Program-made: the position numbers and the translations under genes | From: Escherichia virus TH15 | Length of the DNA stretch: 64,000 bases | Direction: 5' to 3' (one strand) | Sequence record: MT446392.1 | In this document: positions 10,796-17,971 of the stretch, piece after piece | How positions within the stretch are numbered: position 1 is the first letter of the stretch | How the letters are laid out: every line of letters starts with the position of its first letter | Notes under the pieces: generated by a model | Seen by the model: the letters and a program-made list of their open reading frames with translations, nothing else | What the model was told of the DNA's origin: nothing | Database searches by the model: none

Positions 10796-10841
10796 GGGTC
10801 TAGGTCCTTTGGATAACCCCAATAACTAAGCGAGAAAAGAA

Positions 10842-11120
10842 ATGTTTCCTACATATTCTGAAATTGTTAAAGTAGTTTTTAGTCAGATTGTATCTGACTA
10901 TCTATACGAAAGCGTCGACGTGTCGACTGAACTAAAAGTGCACGGTCGTTTGTCTGCTATTCTGGAAATCATGTTCCCGGATGCAGTTGATGCAATCACT
11001 GTTCAACTCACGCCTGGTGCGGCATTTGCAATTGTTCCATTTAAAATCGATAACCACATTTTGGCTATTTCATGCAAAATGGACTTCCAGAAACAAACGG
11101 TAGTTGTCGAAGCAATTTAA
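10842..11120 (+). CDS. hypothetical protein, 92 aa
   Basis: ORF downstream of the promoter-like cassette. Confidence 0.5.
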   Translation: MFPTYSEIVKVVFSQIVSDYLYESVDVSTELKVHGRLSAILEIMFPDAVDAITVQLTPGAAFAIVPFKIDNHILAISCKMDFQKQTVVVEAI

Positions 11121-11122
11121 GT

Positions 11123-11151
11123 GTTTACTTTCACCATGGATGGTGTATAAT
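11123..11151 (+). promoter_or_regulatory. putative early promoter (GTTTAC -35, 17 nt, TATAAT -10)
   Basis: GTTTAC 11123-11128 and TATAAT 11146-11151; T4 early promoter -35 is GTTTAC-like. Confidence 0.5.
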
Positions 11152-11180
11152 GAATTTCATCAACACATGAGGAAAACAAA

Positions 11181-11723
11181 ATGAGTAATTTCTTTGAAGA
11201 AGGTAAGTTTTACAAATTTGTATCTGAAAATGCCAAAAAACAGTTTGTCGCTGGTGGATGGGCAGCTAATTACCAAATTGCTAGATACATCGGTATGACT
11301 CCGTTTGAAGTTAAGATTGTCCCTGATAATATTAGCGGCGGAAGAAAGGTTTGTGAGATTCGTTTGATTGATGAAAATAATTTTGTGGATTTGGCAAAAA
11401 TATCTGATGCACAAAACAGACATCATGGAGCAATATTTGTTTCCAATGGTCCTTTGTCAGATGAATTTGAATATTTCATCCAGGTAGAAGTTGGTATTAA
11501 GCCAGAAGTTGAGCCTGTACCAGCGAAACTTGCATCAGTTTGGAAATTGCTTGTGGTTAAAAATGGCAAGATTGAGATTAACTCTCGTCATACGTCAAAA
11601 GAATACGCGGAAGACGAAGCAGAGCGGCTGTTAAACCGTGGTACTGCAGAAGATTGCTATATTATCAAGGGCGATATCACAAAAGCTTCTATCGTTAAAC
11701 AAGTAAAACAGGAGACAATCTGA
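11181..11723 (+). CDS. hypothetical protein, 180 aa
   Basis: ORF with strong RBS GAGGAAAACAAA-ATG. Confidence 0.6.
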   Translation: MSNFFEEGKFYKFVSENAKKQFVAGGWAANYQIARYIGMTPFEVKIVPDNISGGRKVCEIRLIDENNFVDLAKISDAQNRHHGAIFVSNGPLSDEFEYFIQVEVGIKPEVEPVPAKLASVWKLLVVKNGKIEINSRHTSKEYAEDEAERLLNRGTAEDCYIIKGDITKASIVKQVKQETI

Positions 11724-11956
11724 TGCTTAGCGAAACCCCAATTACTGTTGAAGAGTTTCACGAAAAAGTGAAGGCATTTGCTCAAGCGATGATTAACCAC
11801 GTATCACAGCGATTTCCTGATGCGACTCTGAAAGTTATTCAGGAATCTGCACGCAGTTTTATGATTGTCATTAATCCAAAAGATGGTGACCAGTTTACTC
11901 AATTGAAATTGGGTTCTGACGGTCTGGTTGAAGCACAGCGAGTGTACATTCAATGA
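11723..11956 (+). CDS. hypothetical protein, 77 aa
   Basis: ORF translationally coupled (ATGA overlap). Confidence 0.5.
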   Translation: MLSETPITVEEFHEKVKAFAQAMINHVSQRFPDATLKVIQESARSFMIVINPKDGDQFTQLKLGSDGLVEAQRVYIQ

Positions 11957-12288
11957 TGAATTTGATGGATATTTTCCAGGAAGCACTTAAAAATGATTTA
12001 GGTGACCATCGTAAGTTGGACCCGGAGACAACTGCATTTATCAAAGTAACGCTTGCAAATGATGCTCTGTTTAAAAGTATTCACCCAAGTAATTATGATG
12101 CGGTTGTTATTACAGAAGCTCCTGTAGAAATTGGTGAGCGAATGTTTGGGGTGATTTTTGATGATAAGAAAAAACGCTTCAGTGATGGTGATAGTATAAT
12201 TACAACACATGTTAAGAGCATTACTAAATTGCGACATGAATTATATCGTGTTGAAACTATTAAAACCAATTATCTCGTGGTGATGTAA
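11953..12288 (+). CDS. hypothetical protein, 111 aa
   Basis: ORF translationally coupled to neighbours. Confidence 0.5.
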   Translation: MMNLMDIFQEALKNDLGDHRKLDPETTAFIKVTLANDALFKSIHPSNYDAVVITEAPVEIGERMFGVIFDDKKKRFSDGDSIITTHVKSITKLRHELYRVETIKTNYLVVM

Positions 12289-12870
12289 ATGAAACCAACT
12301 ACTGTTCTGCAAATCGCGTACCTTGTATCTCAAGAATCAAAATGCTGCTCCTGGAAAGTGGGAGCTGTTATTGAAAAGAATGGACGCATTATTTCTACAG
12401 GGTATAATGGTTCCCCTGCGGGTGGGGTCAACTGTTGCGAGCATGCGGAAGAGCAAGGTTGGTTACTGAATAAACCTAAACCTGTTCTCGTCCCCGGCCA
12501 CAAGCCAGAATGTGTGAGATTCAGTAAGGTTGACCGTTTTGTATTGGCGAAAGCCCATCGCGAAGAACATTCTGCATGGTCAAAGAACAATGAAATCCAC
12601 GCAGAACTTAATGCAATTTTGTTTGCGGCAAGGATGGGGTCGTCAATTGAGGGAGCGACTATGTACGTGACGCTTTCTCCTTGTCCTGATTGCGCAAAGG
12701 CAATTTCGCAATCAGGAATCAAGAAATTGGTTTACTGTGAAACGTATGACAAGAATATTCCTGGTTGGGATGATATCCTGAAGAATGCAGGAATTGAGGT
12801 GTTCAATGTGCCTAAGCGTAGTCTAGACAAATTGAACTGGGAAAACATTAACGAATTTTGTGGTGAATAA
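12289..12870 (+). CDS. cd: dCMP deaminase
   Basis: 193-aa ORF; cytidine/dCMP deaminase zinc motifs (HAE...SPCPDC); T4 Cd is 193 aa. Confidence 0.9.
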   Translation: MKPTTVLQIAYLVSQESKCCSWKVGAVIEKNGRIISTGYNGSPAGGVNCCEHAEEQGWLLNKPKPVLVPGHKPECVRFSKVDRFVLAKAHREEHSAWSKNNEIHAELNAILFAARMGSSIEGATMYVTLSPCPDCAKAISQSGIKKLVYCETYDKNIPGWDDILKNAGIEVFNVPKRSLDKLNWENINEFCGE

Positions 12871-13103
12871 TGAAATTTCGATTAGTTAAGTTTTCAGGTC
12901 TGAACTCAAAAGGCGAAAGCTTAGTAGCCTATTCAGTAGAATACAAAAAGTACTTTTTCTCTCGCTGGAAATCGTACTATAAATCCGAGTGGGTTCGCCC
13001 CGAAATGAACTATAAAACGGTGCCTATTCTTGAAAATTGTCATAGCCTATTAAGAGCTCTAAAAGAGCGTAATGCAACAACCATTAAAACTGTTTTGGAA
13101 TAA
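12870..13103 (+). CDS. hypothetical protein, 77 aa
   Basis: ORF, ATG overlapping cd stop. Confidence 0.45.
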   Translation: MKFRLVKFSGLNSKGESLVAYSVEYKKYFFSRWKSYYKSEWVRPEMNYKTVPILENCHSLLRALKERNATTIKTVLE

Positions 13104-13105
13104 TT

Positions 13106-13405
13106 ATGATTTTAACTGAACAAGAAACAATTCGTCTCCGTGAAAAAGTCAAGACTATCTTGTCTGTTGGCTTTCACGAAGTTCTGTTTGAAAAAGCAGA
13201 TGGCAGCATCCGTCGTATGACTTGTACTCGCGACCTGGACCTGCTGCCGTATAAAGAAATCCAGGCCCCTGGGCCAGAAGCTAGTAAAGAACCGGTTAGC
13301 TATATCCGGGTATTTGATACCAAGCTTAATGAGTGGCGTTCATTTTGTTTCAATAAATTGGTTTCTGTGAATGGATTACAGACCGAGACTCTGCTCGTCC
13401 TTTAA
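13106..13405 (+). CDS. hypothetical protein, 99 aa
   Basis: ORF between cd and gene 31. Confidence 0.5.
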   Translation: MILTEQETIRLREKVKTILSVGFHEVLFEKADGSIRRMTCTRDLDLLPYKEIQAPGPEASKEPVSYIRVFDTKLNEWRSFCFNKLVSVNGLQTETLLVL

Positions 13406-13430
13406 TGCTTCAAACAACGCGTGTTATTAT
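13404..13430 (+). promoter_or_regulatory. putative MotA-type middle promoter for gene 31
   Basis: aaTGCTTcA box 13404-13412, 12-nt spacer, TATTAT 13425-13430. Confidence 0.45.
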
Positions 13431-13460
13431 TAATACATGACCAAACAACATGGATTAAAT

Positions 13461-13784
13461 ATGGAATTACCAATTAAAGCAGTAGGTGAATATATTATTT
13501 TGGTTTCTGAGCCAAAGCAAGCTGGCGATGAAGAAACTACGGCATCAGGTATCGTTATCGGAAAACTCCATCAGGGTGAAATCCCAGAGATGTGTGAAGT
13601 ATTTTCGATTGGTCAAGATGTTCCTGAAGGCTTCTGTGAAGTAGGCGATTTGACTCCTCTTCCGGTTGGCAAGATTGCAAACGTTCCACATCCTCTGGTT
13701 GCTCTGGGGCTTAAGCAGGCTAAAGAAGTTAAGCAGAAATTTGTGACCTGCCATTATAAAGCTGTTCCTTGTCTTTATAAGTAA
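13461..13784 (+). CDS. 31: head assembly co-chaperonin (GroES-like)
   Basis: 107 aa from ATG 13461 (track ATG 13437 lies at the predicted transcript start); [13 protein letters not shown]...[13 protein letters not shown] resembles T4 gp31 (111 aa). Confidence 0.8.
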   Translation: MELPIKAVGEYIILVSEPKQAGDEETTASGIVIGKLHQGEIPEMCEVFSIGQDVPEGFCEVGDLTPLPVGKIANVPHPLVALGLKQAKEVKQKFVTCHYKAVPCLYK

Positions 13785-13941
13785 AATTAGCGTTATAAAT
13801 AATAATATGGATTGGCTGCCGGACCAGTTAGTTAACCGGAGAATCCTAAACGGTGGACTACAACTGAGAGACTTGCCGAAAGGAAGTGAAATTCAGAAGA
13901 ACGTGTCCACCAAATATTCACCTCATATTGAGGCTTCTAAA

Positions 13942-14196
13942 ATGTCTTTAAACAAACAATTACAACACGCTCTTGAACTGCAACGCACTGCATGGAATAA
14001 CGGTCACGAAAACTATGGCGCATCTATTGATGTTGAAGCCGAAGCACTGGAAATTCTGCAGTATTTCAAACATCTTAACCCGGTACAAACCGACCTTCGC
14101 GCTGTACTCGAAGCTAAAGATGAATTGAAATATGCTAAGCCGCTGGCATCTGCTGCGCGTAAAGCTGTTCGACATTTTGTCGTTACTCTGAAGTAA
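13942..14196 (+). CDS. rIII: lysis inhibition accessory protein rIII
   Basis: 84 aa from ATG 13942 with GAGG RBS; T4 rIII is 82 aa; the track's N-terminal extension from 13807 has no RBS and begins at a TATAAATA box. Confidence 0.7.
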   Translation: MSLNKQLQHALELQRTAWNNGHENYGASIDVEAEALEILQYFKHLNPVQTDLRAVLEAKDELKYAKPLASAARKAVRHFVVTLK

Positions 14197-14594
14197 GTTT
14201 TAGGTGATTCGCTACCTTAAGTGCGGCTAGAAAATCGAGGAGCCGTCGAACTGTCTGATTAATGATTTGCGAATCATTATAGTTTTAAGACCCCGGCAGT
14301 TTTACGGTGTACCTCTTGAATGTTATTTTATAGCGGCAAGTGCATGCTACCCCGAGGTGATGGCCAATCGGGAGTACGCCTCAAGGCCTATATATCCATC
14401 AGTATATATCTTATCCTCGAGTAATCGGACCCGGAACCTTTAAGCTAACGGTGTGCAACAGATAAGAGCTATAAAGTATGATGGCGAGGTTTATGGTTAT
14501 CCTGCCGTTAAATATCCGAAACCTAATGTTCCCTTCGAGGGCTTGCGCAGGCAATGTCAATAAGTCCTGCATTCTATTTTAAAGAGAATTTAAT
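14197..14594. other. ORF-free intergenic region with several hairpins (candidate structured RNA or leader)
   Basis: About 400 bp with no ORF of 60 aa or more on either strand; contains an 8-bp inverted repeat TAATGATT-tgcg-AATCATTA (14258-14277) and other GC-rich short stems. Confidence 0.35.
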
Positions 14595-14756
14595 ATGGCT
14601 AAGAAAGAAGTTAAAGTTGTTGATGGCTCCTCCAAACGCGCTGGTTACAAGCGTGCGTCCAACAAGCGAATCAATCAGGTGGCTGATAAACTTCAGGCTC
14701 GTGCTCGTGCGGTATTGCGTGCCGATGCAGCTTGCTTTGGTAAGCCGAAAGCGTAA
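14595..14756 (+). CDS. small basic protein, 53 aa (MAKKEVKVVDGSSKRAGYKRASNKRINQ...)
   Basis: ATG 14595 with AAAGAGA RBS; Lys/Arg-rich; immediately followed by a strong terminator; below the ORF-track cutoff. Confidence 0.45.
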   Translation: MAKKEVKVVDGSSKRAGYKRASNKRINQVADKLQARARAVLRADAACFGKPKA

Positions 14757-14760
14757 GTTC

Positions 14761-14788
14761 AGGGACTCTTCGGAGTCCCTTTTTTTTA
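14761..14788 (+). terminator. rho-independent terminator (GGGACUCUUCGGAGUCCC + U8)
   Basis: 18-nt perfect hairpin with UUCG loop followed by eight T. Confidence 0.8.
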
Positions 14789-14872
14789 TTTTCATAAAAG
14801 AGTGTACAACAGGATTTGCCCAGTGCATAATGATTCCATACTGAGTTACACAATAAAACACTGGAGAATAAA

Positions 14873-15241
14873 ATGAAAATCAATCTTAACTCATACATCA
14901 AAGGCAAAGACCACGACGGTTACAAAGCCATTGAAACTAAAGAGATGCAATGGCACTTGTATAAAGAACAGTTTGAATTTGTTGGTTGCATGACTCCTGA
15001 AGGTCCTTCTGATGACTTCTCTTGGAAAATTATGGTAACAAACTTTTTTACTGGTGATACCTACGAACTGAAAACTTTGATTTTGGGTAAGATTCGTTGT
15101 AAGACCTATGAAGATGAAGAAACTGGTTATTCTGAAGATGTTACATGGTATCAAAATGGTCGCACTACTGCTGATGATTTGATTGAAAAAATGAAAGCTA
15201 ATGGTGAATTAAATTTAGATAATTGGATTAAAGTCGCATAA
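14873..15241 (+). CDS. hypothetical protein, 122 aa
   Basis: ORF with RBS cassette CTGGAGAATAAA-ATG. Confidence 0.55.
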   Translation: MKINLNSYIKGKDHDGYKAIETKEMQWHLYKEQFEFVGCMTPEGPSDDFSWKIMVTNFFTGDTYELKTLILGKIRCKTYEDEETGYSEDVTWYQNGRTTADDLIEKMKANGELNLDNWIKVA

Positions 15242-15245
15242 AACA

Positions 15246-15287
15246 GTTTACTTTGGTACAGGTTATGATATTATAGACCTGTACCAA
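15246..15287 (+). promoter_or_regulatory. putative early promoter overlapped by an 11-bp perfect inverted repeat
   Basis: GTTTAC 15246-15251, TATTAT about 17 nt downstream; IR TTGGTACAGGT (15254-15264) / ACCTGTACCAA (15277-15287). Confidence 0.45.
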
Positions 15288-15312
15288 CAAATGAAAACAA
15301 CTGGAGAATAAA

Positions 15313-15678
15313 ATGAACTACATCAACTTTGAACGCAAATATGTTTCCAACTGCATCCCAGGTTCTTCTGAAGTTATTTGCTTGTGGAAACATCAAAACG
15401 GTTCAGTGTGTGAAATTGAACAATATATGACTCCTAACTACGTTTATATGCGATTTGAAAATGGTATCACTCTTTCAATTACTAAGGAAGGTTCCAACTT
15501 TAAAATCGCATTAGATGATGATTTCCGTGAACGTGATTTAGGGACTCATCCTTGCTGGAATGGTGTTAATCGCAAGCTCCTGGTTAAAACTTGGATTCGT
15601 CACATCCTGAGCAGCAAAGTAAAACCTGAACACCTGGAAGCAATCTTTGATGTAGTTCTTAATGAATTTGATATCTAA
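15313..15678 (+). CDS. hypothetical protein, 121 aa
   Basis: ORF with the same RBS cassette as the 14873 ORF. Confidence 0.55.
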   Translation: MNYINFERKYVSNCIPGSSEVICLWKHQNGSVCEIEQYMTPNYVYMRFENGITLSITKEGSNFKIALDDDFRERDLGTHPCWNGVNRKLLVKTWIRHILSSKVKPEHLEAIFDVVLNEFDI

Positions 15679-15715
15679 TCTTAAATGGGGCGAAAGCCCC
15701 CTTGAGGAAAATACT

Positions 15716-16003
15716 ATGTTTATGACTACTTACTTTGATACACGTAAAAATTTCTGTGAAGTTGTTTTCTCTAAAGCTGGTCCAGGTGTACCTGCTGATA
15801 AGCAACCAACTAAAGAATCTATTAAAAACTATGTGGATATAGTTTGCCCGGTAGAATTTCGTACTGTTAATGGACGTGATACCCTGGCAATCACCAAGCT
15901 CAACCATGATATCAATATCGACTCAAGTGTTGCCCGTGAAGTCAATACCTCTGATATTAATGGCGGTAATGTTAAATCACACGGTTTCCAGATGAGGTTT
16001 TAA
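15716..16003 (+). CDS. hypothetical protein, 95 aa
   Basis: ORF from ATG 15716 with GAGGA RBS (track start 15662 overlaps the upstream gene); preceded by hairpin GGGGCGAAAGCCCC. Confidence 0.5.
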   Translation: MFMTTYFDTRKNFCEVVFSKAGPGVPADKQPTKESIKNYVDIVCPVEFRTVNGRDTLAITKLNHDINIDSSVAREVNTSDINGGNVKSHGFQMRF

Positions 16004-16197
16004 TGCAACTATTCTTATCACAAACAGTTCAGTTAAAAGGTGTGGGTATTCCTGGAATGATTTCAAAGGTCCTGCCTGCGTTTAAATTAGACAATACCCA
16101 AATTAAAGAAGCATATGCAGTCTTGTGGGTTGACGGAACTGAAGACGTTCGCATGGGTGGTGAGTTGTCTGTAATCAAATGTTTAAAGCGAGGATAA
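16003..16197 (+). CDS. hypothetical protein, 64 aa
   Basis: ORF with ATGA overlap. Confidence 0.45.
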   Translation: MQLFLSQTVQLKGVGIPGMISKVLPAFKLDNTQIKEAYAVLWVDGTEDVRMGGELSVIKCLKRG

Positions 16198-16198
16198 T

Positions 16199-16411
16199 AT
16201 GTTTAAGAAACTGATTCAGAAAATTTTGGGAACAGAAATGGTTGAAGTGACTTATCGCGTGACTGACGTAAGTCCATGGGCCCGAAATACTGAACCATAT
16301 ACTAAAACAATTAAAATGCTGAAATCTGACGGCGGATTATCTATTAAAGACCGTCTACCTGGTTATGGTCATTGGGCTGATGTAGATATTATCAGTGTCA
16401 AAGATGTCTGA
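16199..16411 (+). CDS. hypothetical protein, 70 aa
   Basis: ORF. Confidence 0.45.
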   Translation: MFKKLIQKILGTEMVEVTYRVTDVSPWARNTEPYTKTIKMLKSDGGLSIKDRLPGYGHWADVDIISVKDV

Positions 16412-16862
16412 GTTAGAAATCAGAAGTAATTTTCCGTGGCCATCATGTGCATTAAGCAACTTTGCTAAATGGCCTTTTGTTATGGAGGGTATCCAGTTTG
16501 GAGGTCTTGAAGGCTTCTTACAAGGGTGCAAGGTGAGAAATCATGAACAACAAAAACGTATATTTGGGATGTCCGGATTGGCCGCCCAGCAAAGTGGAAG
16601 AGCTTATGCAAGAGCTGCGGACCGTGGGACGCTTTTCTGGCTTGGAATTCCCTTTTCAAGATACTCTGCAGCATGGAAAGAGTTGTATACAAATGCATAT
16701 TTTGAAGCAGCGCTCCAGAACCAAGGATTCCGCGATGCGTTACAATCCACAAAAGGCAAAGTTTTAAAGCATTCGATGGCGAGTCACCTTACTGTTCATG
16801 ATACAATATTGACTGAACAAGAATTTATTGACATACTTAACCAATTGAGAGATGCATTATGA
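16395..16862 (+). CDS. NADAR (YbiA/DUF1768)-family protein
   Basis: 155-aa ORF with LSNF...PF..EG..F...E.FLQ..K pattern typical of NADAR/YbiA domains. Confidence 0.6.
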   Translation: MSKMSELEIRSNFPWPSCALSNFAKWPFVMEGIQFGGLEGFLQGCKVRNHEQQKRIFGMSGLAAQQSGRAYARAADRGTLFWLGIPFSRYSAAWKELYTNAYFEAALQNQGFRDALQSTKGKVLKHSMASHLTVHDTILTEQEFIDILNQLRDAL

Positions 16863-17683
16863 AACCCGTTATTTTAACAGATATTGATGGCGTATGTTTG
16901 TCATGGCAGTCTGGCTTGCCTTATTTCGCTCAAAAATATAATTTACCCCTGGAACACATCCTTAAGATGATTCAGGATGAAAAATTTGTGACCCCTGGTA
17001 AACTCTTCAATTGTGATGAAGAGTTGGGCGCGCAGTTGATTGAAAAATATAACTGTTCGGACTTTATTCGCTATTTGTCTCCTTATGCGGATGCATTAAG
17101 GGTTATTAATAACATCAAAGAGCAATATGATTTTGTGGCTGTAACAGCCCTGGGTGATTCTATTGATGCTCGCCTGAATCGTCAATTCAACCTGAATGCT
17201 TTGTTCCCTGGGGCATTTAAAGAAGTGATGATGTGTGGTCATACAGCCTCTAAAGAGGAGTTATTTCAGAAGGCAAAAGACAAATATAATGTCATTTGTT
17301 ATATTGATGACCTTGCGCACCATTGCGACCATGCGAGTGAAATTCTTGAGGTTCCGGTTTATTGGATGGCCCGCGGTGAACGTGATGCTATTCCTAAAAC
17401 AGCTTCCAAAGTTTTTAATTGGGACGATGTTGCCGGACAGCTTAAACTGAAACACAAAGATGAACCGGTCAAACCAGAATTCACCCCAGATGAACTCCGT
17501 AAACTGGAAGAGCTGTTTCGTGAAACTCGCCGTCTTCAACAACAAATGCAACAAGGCTGGCAGCCAGGTCAACAATGGACTCCTGGATATAATCCAGCAT
17601 ATCCATATCAATATGGTCAGCGCGTAGGTACTGGCATTGAATACTGGTACAATCAACCAACTGGTGGACAAGGGGGTAATTGA
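16859..17683 (+). CDS. HAD-like hydrolase / nucleotidase-like protein with Q/P/G/Y-rich C-terminal tail
   Basis: 274-aa ORF; N-terminal ILTDIDGV (HAD motif I); C-terminus QQQMQQGWQPGQQWTPGYNPAYPYQYGQ low complexity. Confidence 0.55.
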   Translation: MKPVILTDIDGVCLSWQSGLPYFAQKYNLPLEHILKMIQDEKFVTPGKLFNCDEELGAQLIEKYNCSDFIRYLSPYADALRVINNIKEQYDFVAVTALGDSIDARLNRQFNLNALFPGAFKEVMMCGHTASKEELFQKAKDKYNVICYIDDLAHHCDHASEILEVPVYWMARGERDAIPKTASKVFNWDDVAGQLKLKHKDEPVKPEFTPDELRKLEELFRETRRLQQQMQQGWQPGQQWTPGYNPAYPYQYGQRVGTGIEYWYNQPTGGQGGN

Positions 17684-17961
17684 TGTTTGTCGTTCATACT
17701 ATTTCAGACCGTGGTCCTGTCACCACAATGGATTACGGTCATGTTAACCAGTTTATTCGTCATGTGAATCATAATTACTCGTTTGATATTAATCCGGCAA
17801 AAGATAATCCCGTTTGGCGTGAATGTGTTGAGCAAGGATTTATCTATGTTCACTTCATGACTAAAATGAAACCAGATGGTGCCACGAAATTTGTGTTCAC
17901 TTATCATAAGCGTCTGGATTTGCTTTTGGAAGACGTGGCATATAATAGAGCCAACGACTAA
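17680..17961 (+). CDS. hypothetical protein, 93 aa
   Basis: ORF, ATGA overlap with upstream gene. Confidence 0.5.
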   Translation: MMFVVHTISDRGPVTTMDYGHVNQFIRHVNHNYSFDINPAKDNPVWRECVEQGFIYVHFMTKMKPDGATKFVFTYHKRLDLLLEDVAYNRAND

Positions 17962-17971
17962 GAGGTGATTA

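Noticed and set aside
13807-13941. N-terminal extension of rIII from ATG 13807
   Set aside because: No RBS and the ATG sits 6 nt after a TATAAATA box; ATG 13942 has a GAGG RBS and gives the expected ~82-aa protein
14197-14594. Possible tRNA gene in the ORF-free region
   Set aside because: No GTTCGA/GGTTC T-loop motif with a matching acceptor stem or cloverleaf arrangement could be found by eye; left as an unclassified structured region
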